Of a DNA stretch of 64,000 nt, positions 51,767 to 60,527 are shown in pieces. Below the pieces are notes generated by a model, which did no database searches, was not told the origin of the DNA, and was given only the letters and a program-made list of their open reading frames with translations. Both the position numbers and the translations under genes were made by a program. The DNA is taken from positions 23,006-87,005 of the forward strand of contig CAXCCF010000001.1 of the NCBI GenBank assembly GCA_963981035.1. The letters run 5' to 3'. Position 1 is the stretch's first letter; each line of letters opens with the position of its first letter. The DNA is from an uncultured euryarchaeote. GTDB lineage: Archaea > Thermoplasmatota > Poseidoniia > Poseidoniales > Poseidoniaceae.

Positions 51767-53035
51767 TTACTCCACTAACCATTCATGATTTCCTAATGAT
51801 TGTTCACCATTATCTGAAATTGGTTGTTGTGATTCAATGGCATTTTCTTGAATCGTAATCTGTTCAGATTGATCTGGACTCACTACGATTTCTACTACTT
51901 GTTCTGCTTCGGCTTTTTCCGCAGCCTTCTTTAGTGATTTTTCTTCCTTTAATTTAGCCTTATTAGCCCTGTCAGTCAAATTATCTGCATGACGTTGAGA
52001 ACCGGTTATTTGTGTTTGAATACGAATTGATTCCTCTTCCTGCTCCGCTAATATCAAGTCAACAATCTCTGAAAAACTATTGTTTGGTCTCAAATCTTCT
52101 AAGAAAATAATGCCATCTGGAACATTGTCCTGGGAAATACTAGCAAATCCACGGTGCGTGAGGAATAATCCTGCAATGAATGAAGAGACCTTTGCTTCGT
52201 CTTGATACCCTTCAGGCACTGCTCCGAATGTTTGTTCAAGAATTGTTTTTAATTCATCCAACACATCAGCGACTGGAACTTTATTGGCGCCAGCTTTTAC
52301 ACATGTCTGCCGCATTGCCCGCCAACAGCGTTCAATATCTCCTTCGAGGTCTTCATTGTGCATTCTGCCACCAATGTTGGCCATATAGTCCAATAATTCC
52401 TTTTCATGGGCAATTCTATTGGCCTCTCTCAATTTCAATTCTTCTGCATCGTCCGCAGCATCTTTGAACGCAGACAATAATTCACCTAAGGTCACAGGGC
52501 GACCTTCTGCTCTTCTAACTCTCTCTCCGAATAAGGATGGCAATACAGAGTCTGCGCCTCCTTCTAGTACCGTATTGGTGAAGAAAAAGGCTTCATCATC
52601 ATAGTCGGCTTCCCAACCGAATTCCATTTCGTCGCCCCAATCATCTTCTTCATCTGCACGTTGAACTCTTTCAAACAAGGTTGCTGCTTGGTGATTCAAT
52701 ACTTCCCATGATAGGCGTATCAATCTTCCACAGGCTGGTAAATCCAATGTAGTTGCCTGGGATTTTACCCTCGAAGTAAACACTTTGAGGAATGCTGATA
52801 AATCAATATCCCATGCATCCAATCCTTCTTCACGAACCAATGATAATACCAGAGCAACTGAACGGTCAAAGGGATCTTCTAAACTTTGATGTTCTGCTTC
52901 TTCAGTCTCTGCGATTGTAATAATTCGGTCACTGAAATACTTAGCCTCATCGCTTTCTTCACCAGACTCCAACAATTGGTCTATGATATCCTGTCTAAGG
53001 AACCACTTGTCTAATACAGCCTGATGCTCTGCCAT
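51767..53035 (-). CDS. scpA: Segregation and condensation protein A (kleisin) with long C-terminal extension
   Basis: DPFDRSVALV...LDAWDIDLS, RPVTLGELL, C-terminal wHTH VSSFIAGLFLTHRGFASISQ. Located between smc and scpB. Confidence 0.85.
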   Translation of the reverse strand: MAEHQAVLDKWFLRQDIIDQLLESGEESDEAKYFSDRIITIAETEEAEHQSLEDPFDRSVALVLSLVREEGLDAWDIDLSAFLKVFTSRVKSQATTLDLPACGRLIRLSWEVLNHQAATLFERVQRADEEDDWGDEMEFGWEADYDDEAFFFTNTVLEGGADSVLPSLFGERVRRAEGRPVTLGELLSAFKDAADDAEELKLREANRIAHEKELLDYMANIGGRMHNEDLEGDIERCWRAMRQTCVKAGANKVPVADVLDELKTILEQTFGAVPEGYQDEAKVSSFIAGLFLTHRGFASISQDNVPDGIIFLEDLRPNNSFSEIVDLILAEQEEESIRIQTQITGSQRHADNLTDRANKAKLKEEKSLKKAAEKAEAEQVVEIVVSPDQSEQITIQENAIESQQPISDNGEQSLGNHEWLVE

Positions 53036-53040
53036 TTATC

Positions 53041-56000
53041 TCACTCCAATTGTTCCTCTTCAGTGGTGATTTGAATGTTTTCAGGAACAGTTTGTTCCTC
53101 TTCTTCAGCCAGTATCGCTTTGGTGACTTCTACTCTTTCTTCAATATCTTCAGTCATATCCGCAGTGCGCTCACTAAGTGATGCTAGTGTGGTTGATTCA
53201 CTTTCTTCTATCTCGTCTTTCATATGAGCCAATAATCCACCCAAGGAACGCGGTGTTTCCAAAGATTCAGGAACTACTGGCATCTCAACAGATGCTGCTG
53301 CAACTTCATCGATTCGTGATTGATTCTTATCTGCAGCTGCCTTTGCTTCCTTCAATGCTTTTGCACCCAATTCCAATGCTCTGGCCTTGTCAAAGTCAAC
53401 AATACGACGACTGCAACCATCTCCTCCATGTGTAATGCCAATGTGGTGGTCTGCTAGCCTCAATGAGACCTTGCGAAGTGTTACCATGATGAATTGCGCT
53501 CTCTTAGAACGCTCTCTACACATCTTAGCAATACGTTCTGCGTTGTATGCGTCAAGGTTTTGGTCTACTTCATCAAAGTAATAGAATGGACTTGGGTCAT
53601 AGTCTTGGATTGCGAAAATCAGTGCAAGTGCTGCCATTGATTGCTCTCCACCAGATAATTGGTGACGAGTAACCTTAGCAGATTTTCCACGCGGTTGTGC
53701 CCACAACTCAAGGCCTCCCTTGAATGGTTCCTTAGGATTTTCAAGGAATAATTCTCCTCGACCACCATCGCTTAGTGCATCATATGCAACTTTGAAATTC
53801 TCATTGACCTTCTCCAATACACCAAGCAATCGCTCCTTTCTTTGAGATTCTAACTTTTCAGTTACATCCAATAGGTGCTTACGGCGGTTTTGTAGGGTCT
53901 TGAAGTCATCCTTCATTCCATCAAGTCGTTCTTGACACATGTCAAACTGCTCAATCGCAAGCATATTGACAGGTCCATATCCTTCAAGACGGCGCTCAAG
54001 CCCTCTAACTTTCTTTTCAGCATCTCCTACGCTTGGTAATGTGATTTCGCTTGTTGCTGGTTCAATATTTGCATCTGACATTTCAGATAATAGATCTTCA
54101 AGCGTTTCCTGCTTTAGAGTCAATGAACGGCCGATTTCTTCAGCCATTTGATTTCGTGAAATCGCATCATTAGATTTCTGCGTAAGTACAACTCTTAGTG
54201 AAGCCCTTTCTTCAACTAACTGAACTCGCTCATCCTCTAATCCTTGATTTTCTTCAAGGAACTCTGCCCGTTCGAGTTCCTTTGCATTTAATTCTATAGA
54301 ATCTGTTGCTATAGAGGCTTGCATCTGATCAATCTTTTCACTACGAGTAACTATTGCTGCTTCTATTGTGACTATTCTATTGCCAATTTCAACAACTCGG
54401 TTGTTGAGTAATTCTTTGTGTTCAGAACCACTGCCGAGTGCATCTTGGGCTCGATTTTTCAAACCTTGAGCCTCAACTCTTTTGACCTCAGCCAAGTGTA
54501 ATCTATCCTTTAGGTGTGCAGGACTTGCATCTTCCAAATTAGATTGGGCTGTAGACCTATCAGTTTCTGATTGCTCGAAATTCTTTTGAGCATTATCAAG
54601 AGCATTAAGCGTTTGACTGGCCTGACCTCCCAATGTGCTAAGTCTTCTTTCTATTTCGGCAACTACACCTAGTGACTTGTTGTGATTTGTTCTAGCTTGC
54701 TTCAATTCGGCACGCCATTCTTGTTGCTTTGAAGCATGTTCTCCATCTGTTAGAACATTGATTTTGCCTCTGACTTCCAGTTGTAACTTTCTTGCATCAG
54801 CCAAAGCGCCATTTACTGTTTCTGACATTAGTCTAAGGCGTTCAACCTCTGCAGTTAGGCTCTCAACTTCATTGGCTCCTTGCACTCTGCCTCCAAACGA
54901 GACTGACATTTTTCTCTTTGAACCACCTATCATTGCACCGCCGGTTTCAGTAACATCACCACGTAGTGTCACTAATCGTACGCCACCCATATTGGCTCTT
55001 GCCGTAGACATTGAATCTACGATGAGAGTATTTCTCAAAGCAAAGCGAACTGCGATATCGATTCGAGGATCGTAATCAAGTAACTCGTAAGCAAATCCAA
55101 TCACTCCAGGTTTCCTTGCAACCATTACAGCCTTACCGGCTGCTCTTGTATTCGCTAAACGATTTAGTGGAAGGAAAGTTGCTCTTCCTGCTCTCTTCTC
55201 AGAAAGCCATTTGATTGCATTTGCCGCTACTTCATCATTCTCAACAACTACGGAAGTCATTCCTCCGCCAATTGCTGCTGATAACGCGCCTTCATGCGTA
55301 CTATCCTTTGGAGCGCACAATTCAGCAATCGTTCCTATGATTCCGCGTAATTCCCCTCTATCTCTTGCCGCAATAACAGCCGCTGAGCCACCTGCTAGAC
55401 CTTTGGCACCTGTTCTTGCCTCCATTTCATTTCTTGCAGAAATAAGTTTCCTTTCGGTTTCCCGAAGTCGGTTTTCAACCAATTGAGATTCTTCGGTTAA
55501 CTTTGATTCTGCATTTTGAGAGGCGTGTAATTCTCTAGCAAGTTTCGCTCTATCCTTTTCTGGGTCTTCTCCGCCGAACTCTTCGCCCTTTAGTTCAAGT
55601 TCTTCGAATGCCATACGTGCTTCTTCAGCGGCATCCTGAGCAACAACGAGTTGCTCCTCGATCACTTCTGCTTGAGCCGCTGTACGGTCAACCTCGCTTT
55701 GAGCATCGGCCATCGCCTTTCTACAGAGTTCAACTTTTTCAGTCGCCTTTGATAGATTGCGTGACAATTGAGCCGTTGACTCACCTGATGATTCTAGTAA
55801 TTCGCTAACAGCCGCTTCCTCTTGCTCGGCTTCTTTGAAAGCGATTTCGGCTTTTTCCAAATCATCTCTTGCCGAGGCGAGGCTATCTGCAAATTCGGTC
55901 AATGAATCATTAGCATTTTGAAGGCTATCTAGCAATTCTTGTAGTTCTATTTTGTCTTCATTGTCCTTTTCTTCGGAATCCCTAATCAAGTCACCATTGG

Positions 56001-56946
56001 TTGCAATAGTTACTTGCAATTGCTGTATCTGTTGCTGTAATCCATTTGAATCACCACCCATTAAAGCCTCTATTTCTTTCTGTAAATTACCAATTTTATC
56101 CTCTAGTTCCAGAAGAACTTTACTGCCTTGTTTTACTTCCTCTTTCAAATCATTTGATTCCGACACATATCTGCTCTGTTCATTGACCTGATAGGAGATT
56201 TCTGACTTTTGAGATGCATACTTTGCCTGATATGAAATAACTCTTGACTCTGTTAGTTCTTCAACTAAATCTCGGACTTTGATCGCTAAGTCCTTTTCCT
56301 TGCGCAATTCTTTGAGGCGACCTTTTTGTTCCTCTTCGAGCATAGATATTCGTTCAATATAGCCTTCAACTTGAACTCTTTGCTTGTCTGCCTTTCTGAT
56401 TTCATCATCATACGATGTCACACCAGCAACACCATCTAACACCTTGCGGCGTTCCTTTGAAGTCATTTTCGCCAGTTTGGTCACATCTCCTTGAAGAACG
56501 ATATTGTATCCATCTGGACGTGCATTTGCTGCACCTAGAAGGCGGTGGAATGATTTCTGCGTACTTTCCTCACCATCTAACAAGTATTGAGTAACTACAT
56601 TATTGGCCTTTGTCAATCGGACAGAACGTGATAATCGTACTTCCTCGGAATCTATTGGAAGGCGACGCCGTCCATTGGATAGCTTCGGATTGGCAAATAC
56701 CAATGTCACTGAACATGAACGGGCTGGTTTGTTGTTCTTGCCACCGTTGAAAATCAAATCTTTTGAATTTTGAGCCCTAATTACTTTGTTTGAACGCGGC
56801 CCTAACACAAATTGTATAGCATCACCGCAATTTGACTTTCCTGAGCCATTCGGCCCAGTTATCGCAGTAAAACCTCTGTCCAAAGGAACTGTGACTTCAC
56901 CCTTAAATGATTTAAAATTACAAACTTCAAGTGCTTTAAGATACAT
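53041..56946 (-). CDS. smc: Chromosome segregation protein SMC
   Basis: Starts MYLKALEVCNFKSF at ATG 56946. GPNGSGKSN, NIVLQGD, coiled coils, hinge GRATFLPL...GGAMIGGS, LSGGEQS, FDEVDQNLD. Extra ~90-aa acidic tail. Confidence 0.97.
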   Translation of the reverse strand: MYLKALEVCNFKSFKGEVTVPLDRGFTAITGPNGSGKSNCGDAIQFVLGPRSNKVIRAQNSKDLIFNGGKNNKPARSCSVTLVFANPKLSNGRRRLPIDSEEVRLSRSVRLTKANNVVTQYLLDGEESTQKSFHRLLGAANARPDGYNIVLQGDVTKLAKMTSKERRKVLDGVAGVTSYDDEIRKADKQRVQVEGYIERISMLEEEQKGRLKELRKEKDLAIKVRDLVEELTESRVISYQAKYASQKSEISYQVNEQSRYVSESNDLKEEVKQGSKVLLELEDKIGNLQKEIEALMGGDSNGLQQQIQQLQVTIATNGDLIRDSEEKDNEDKIELQELLDSLQNANDSLTEFADSLASARDDLEKAEIAFKEAEQEEAAVSELLESSGESTAQLSRNLSKATEKVELCRKAMADAQSEVDRTAAQAEVIEEQLVVAQDAAEEARMAFEELELKGEEFGGEDPEKDRAKLARELHASQNAESKLTEESQLVENRLRETERKLISARNEMEARTGAKGLAGGSAAVIAARDRGELRGIIGTIAELCAPKDSTHEGALSAAIGGGMTSVVVENDEVAANAIKWLSEKRAGRATFLPLNRLANTRAAGKAVMVARKPGVIGFAYELLDYDPRIDIAVRFALRNTLIVDSMSTARANMGGVRLVTLRGDVTETGGAMIGGSKRKMSVSFGGRVQGANEVESLTAEVERLRLMSETVNGALADARKLQLEVRGKINVLTDGEHASKQQEWRAELKQARTNHNKSLGVVAEIERRLSTLGGQASQTLNALDNAQKNFEQSETDRSTAQSNLEDASPAHLKDRLHLAEVKRVEAQGLKNRAQDALGSGSEHKELLNNRVVEIGNRIVTIEAAIVTRSEKIDQMQASIATDSIELNAKELERAEFLEENQGLEDERVQLVEERASLRVVLTQKSNDAISRNQMAEEIGRSLTLKQETLEDLLSEMSDANIEPATSEITLPSVGDAEKKVRGLERRLEGYGPVNMLAIEQFDMCQERLDGMKDDFKTLQNRRKHLLDVTEKLESQRKERLLGVLEKVNENFKVAYDALSDGGRGELFLENPKEPFKGGLELWAQPRGKSAKVTRHQLSGGEQSMAALALIFAIQDYDPSPFYYFDEVDQNLDAYNAERIAKMCRERSKRAQFIMVTLRKVSLRLADHHIGITHGGDGCSRRIVDFDKARALELGAKALKEAKAAADKNQSRIDEVAAASVEMPVVPESLETPRSLGGLLAHMKDEIEESESTTLASLSERTADMTEDIEERVEVTKAILAEEEEQTVPENIQITTEEEQLE

Positions 56947-57124
56947 CCCTATCCCTCTTTGTCGAGAATTTCCCCCCGACCTTAATCCTAACACCCATTC
57001 GCGACAGGTCTTAAACAATCGCTTCACTAAGAGTTCAGTAATGCACATTAACAGACCTAAATGAAAAAGCCAACGACAATATTTTTGATGCTTTTTCTCC
57101 TGATAGAGAAATGAAAAAAACAAC

Positions 57125-57895
57125 TCACAGTGTGCCTTTTTGGTTACATTTATTACAACCGGCACCTGAACAATATGGGCAAGTAGCCAATACTTTTACC
57201 CCGTGCCGGGATTTTCTCATCGATAAATTGAAATCATTTTGTAACAATTTGGAAGTTCGTGCTAATGCAATATTATCGCCCTCTATCGCACTTGGAGGTT
57301 GAGTGAAAGTTGTTCTAAATTTATTCGCAACATCTCTTCTTCTTTCTAGTGAAGTCTGAGTTAGTTGTTGTGCTTCGGAATCCCAATATTTTGGACCTCG
57401 CAATAACAATGCTCCAATTATTGCAATTCCGATTTGCACCATCCATGGATTGACCGTTACGGGCATTAGTTCGGCTAAGCCTGTGGAATTAGCAGGAGTT
57501 GGTAGCAATTGTAGTCGGTCAAGTATTGCAAGTAAGAAGAGTACACCTCCTGTGACCATCGCTAGTTTCCTAGAACGTTTCATCCATCCTGCACCTCTAG
57601 GCAACTTGAATCTCCCTGCAAAGATTAGTACTAAGCCCTCTAGAAGCATTATGAAATCCGCTCCATCCCAATCTCCAGTTTGGCCTAAACAATAACTTTG
57701 ACCACCACCATTGATATTTTCTGAAATCGAATCAAAAGAACAATGGGGCTCTGTCATTTTTAATACATCTATTTTTGAATTTGGCGCCCCATCAATTGCC
57801 ATTGGTGCGACAATACCAAATTGGACATTACAGAGAACAAATAGAACGATTGCAATACCAAATAGGGTTGCAATCTTCCTCCTCAGCCCCGCCAT
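57125..57895 (-). CDS. Hypothetical 4-TM membrane protein with C-terminal Cys4 zinc finger
   Basis: Four hydrophobic segments. Ends CPYCSGAGCNKCNQKGTL. ATG 57895 preferred. Confidence 0.65.
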   Translation of the reverse strand: MAGLRRKIATLFGIAIVLFVLCNVQFGIVAPMAIDGAPNSKIDVLKMTEPHCSFDSISENINGGGQSYCLGQTGDWDGADFIMLLEGLVLIFAGRFKLPRGAGWMKRSRKLAMVTGGVLFLLAILDRLQLLPTPANSTGLAELMPVTVNPWMVQIGIAIIGALLLRGPKYWDSEAQQLTQTSLERRRDVANKFRTTFTQPPSAIEGDNIALARTSKLLQNDFNLSMRKSRHGVKVLATCPYCSGAGCNKCNQKGTL

Positions 57896-57973
57896 GTACC
57901 ACTTTATCCACACCTATGCCATAGTGCTATCGCAACCGATGGCGTGAAGAAGTGTAGAGTTGTGGCATAACTA

Positions 57974-59602
57974 ATGAGGACGGATGGGGCTTCTCAAATC
58001 GTCATTATTGGTAGCGGAATTGCTGGATTGTTTTGTGCGATTCGTCTTGCAAATGCTGGATATTTTGTCAAAGTGATTACCAAGCAAAGGCCAATTGATT
58101 CATCTACAAATTGGGCTCAAGGCGGAATTGCTGCAATTCTTGACAAAACGGATGGTGTTGGTCTTGCATCACACATTGAAGACACCCTGAAAAGTGGCGA
58201 TGGACAATGTGATATTTCTGTGGTCAATAGCGTAATTAGAGAAGCAAGTGATAGAATCCAAGACCTGCTAGACATTGGCGTTAATTTTGAAAAGGGAACT
58301 GATGGTGAATTCCATTTGGCTAAAGAAGGTGGACATTCAGACCGGCGTATTTTACACTCAAAAGATGCAACTGGTAAGGAAATAGAAAGGGCATTGAGCC
58401 AAACTGCTGAGGAACATGAAAATATTGACTTAATGCCCAATACATTAGCAATTGATTTGATTCAGTTGCAGCATGGGAATCCAAGTGCGGGTATTGCAGG
58501 CGTTTGGTGCTTAGATCAGACTAACCAGGAAGTGATTACAGTACAGGCTGACACCTTGATTTTAGCAACTGGTGGATTTGGGCAATTATGGCACCAAACA
58601 ACCAACCCAAGTGTCGCTACTGGGGATGGATTAGCGATGGCTTACAGAGCTGGTGCAAGAGTGAAAAACCTTGCATATATTCAATTCCATCCAACTGCAT
58701 TGGCAACCAAAAGTGATAGACCATTCTTAATCACTGAAGCAATGCGTGGAGAAGGAGGAGTGATACTGGATGATGAAGGCCTTAGAAAATGGCAATTACA
58801 ATGTAAAAAAGAAGGTGCTATTATCTCACCCGAGCCATTTTCTTTCACTCTAAAACATTCGCAGTTAGGGTCGATGGCCACGCGCGATATTGTTGCAAGA
58901 GCGATTGATAAACAACTGAAAATCACAGGAAAAACACATGTTTACCTAGTCACTTCTCATTTGGATGAAAAACTGCTCAATTCTCATTTCCCAACAATCC
59001 GAGCAAGATTGGAAACACATGGTTTGAAACTGGGATACGACCCTTTGCCAATCTCTCCTGCTGCACATTATGCGGTTGGAGGATTAGAGGTAGACGAGAT
59101 TGGGCGACCATATAACAGAGAAAATGGAGATATTTATCCACGACTTTATGCCATTGGAGAAGTCGCTTGCACAGGAATGCATGGAGCCAATCGTTTGGCA
59201 TCAAATAGTTTGTTAGAAGCCGTAGTTTATGCCTATAGGGCAGCCGAACACATTATCTCAAACCCACCAGAAAAATACCAGCAGAAACTACCGAATTGGA
59301 GAGCCGATGGACTACACACTCTATCTGAGCATGGACCTGTTGTCCATGATAAAAATGAATTGAGGCAAACTATGTCTCAGGAAGTTGGAATAGTTAGACG
59401 TTTTAGTAGATTAAATCGGGCTGCAAGAAGACTTGAATTGCTAGGTCAAGAAGTGAACAGAATATGGATAGAATCAATTCCAACGAGGCCTATTATTGAA
59501 TTAAGAAACTTGACATTGGTTGGTCAACTAGTTACCAAGGATGCTATTGCAAGAACTGAAAACTGTGGACTTCATTTCAATCAAGATCTGATTAAGGAGT
59601 AA
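57974..59602 (+). CDS. nadB: L-aspartate oxidase
   Basis: IIGSGIAGL, STNWAQGGIAA, EGGHSDRRILH, IQFHPT, LITEAMRGEGG, AAHYAVGG, GMHGANRLASNSLLE, ENCGLH. Confidence 0.95.
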   Translation: MRTDGASQIVIIGSGIAGLFCAIRLANAGYFVKVITKQRPIDSSTNWAQGGIAAILDKTDGVGLASHIEDTLKSGDGQCDISVVNSVIREASDRIQDLLDIGVNFEKGTDGEFHLAKEGGHSDRRILHSKDATGKEIERALSQTAEEHENIDLMPNTLAIDLIQLQHGNPSAGIAGVWCLDQTNQEVITVQADTLILATGGFGQLWHQTTNPSVATGDGLAMAYRAGARVKNLAYIQFHPTALATKSDRPFLITEAMRGEGGVILDDEGLRKWQLQCKKEGAIISPEPFSFTLKHSQLGSMATRDIVARAIDKQLKITGKTHVYLVTSHLDEKLLNSHFPTIRARLETHGLKLGYDPLPISPAAHYAVGGLEVDEIGRPYNRENGDIYPRLYAIGEVACTGMHGANRLASNSLLEAVVYAYRAAEHIISNPPEKYQQKLPNWRADGLHTLSEHGPVVHDKNELRQTMSQEVGIVRRFSRLNRAARRLELLGQEVNRIWIESIPTRPIIELRNLTLVGQLVTKDAIARTENCGLHFNQDLIKE

Positions 59603-60518
59603 TCAATTCAATAATTGATGCCAGCATATTGTTCAATGGTGTTCTAATTCCAAGTTTCTCTCCTCTGTTAGAAATCTCACGGTTAAGAACAGAAATTTCT
59701 GTTGGATTTCCTTGCTTTACATCCTCTAACATGCTGCAGGAATTTGAAGATGTGGAAATTAGTACTTGCCTTAATTTATCTTCGAGTTGCTGATTAGTCC
59801 CTACATCAATATGCTCCGCCCTTGCCACTTTAGCACCTTCGATCATAGTAAATACTGCATTGGAAAACATTTCTGTTTCCAATAATTCTCCGTTTTTCAC
59901 ACCCGCTAACGCTGCAAGCGGATTTATTGCGATATTGATCAGAACTTTATTCCAAATCATACTGCGACCATCCTCAACAATTTGACAATCTATCCCGCTA
60001 TTGGTAACACTTTCAGCAAATGTTTCCAATCCTTCATCTTGTGACAATGTCAATTTTGCAAGATTAAGATGTCCTTTGCCCGCCCATTCAACTGTTGAAT
60101 GACTTGCGATATTTGCTCCATGAGTAGTTGAAGCATAAACGACTCTATGCATTCCAAGGTGATGGGAAAGTTTCTCAGTATTACCCAATCCATTGGTTAT
60201 TGCGAAAGCAATACCATTTGTTTTGATTATTTTTGCAGCGATTTTCCCTAAGGGCTCAATTGACCGTGCTTTACCTGTAATTATTACTACATCTGAATCT
60301 GCGTCGAAGCGACTAGGAATTCCGGCCTCCTCAAAGGTAATTTCAAATCTTTGACTTTCTATAGAAAATGAGTCCTCTCCTACCACATTGATTCCATTGG
60401 CCGCAATCATTGCCAAATGTTCGCCACGTCCATGAAGATGAATTTGATGTTCAGTTCGCGATAATAGGGCCGCAAATAATGTTCCAATTGACCCAATACC
60501 TAAAATTGAAATCTTCAT
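59592..60518 (-). CDS. panE: 2-dehydropantoate 2-reductase
   Basis: ISILGIGSIG, NGLG, WNKVLINIAINPL, SMLEDV..GNPTEI..LN. Confidence 0.9.
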   Translation of the reverse strand: MKISILGIGSIGTLFAALLSRTEHQIHLHGRGEHLAMIAANGINVVGEDSFSIESQRFEITFEEAGIPSRFDADSDVVIITGKARSIEPLGKIAAKIIKTNGIAFAITNGLGNTEKLSHHLGMHRVVYASTTHGANIASHSTVEWAGKGHLNLAKLTLSQDEGLETFAESVTNSGIDCQIVEDGRSMIWNKVLINIAINPLAALAGVKNGELLETEMFSNAVFTMIEGAKVARAEHIDVGTNQQLEDKLRQVLISTSSNSCSMLEDVKQGNPTEISVLNREISNRGEKLGIRTPLNNMLASIIELITP

Positions 60519-60527
60519 GATCACACC

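Noticed and set aside
56947-57165. 73-aa N-terminal extension of SMC in the ORF track
   Set aside because: The canonical SMC start MYLKALEV begins at ATG 56946. The upstream part overlaps the neighbouring gene and looks non-coding.
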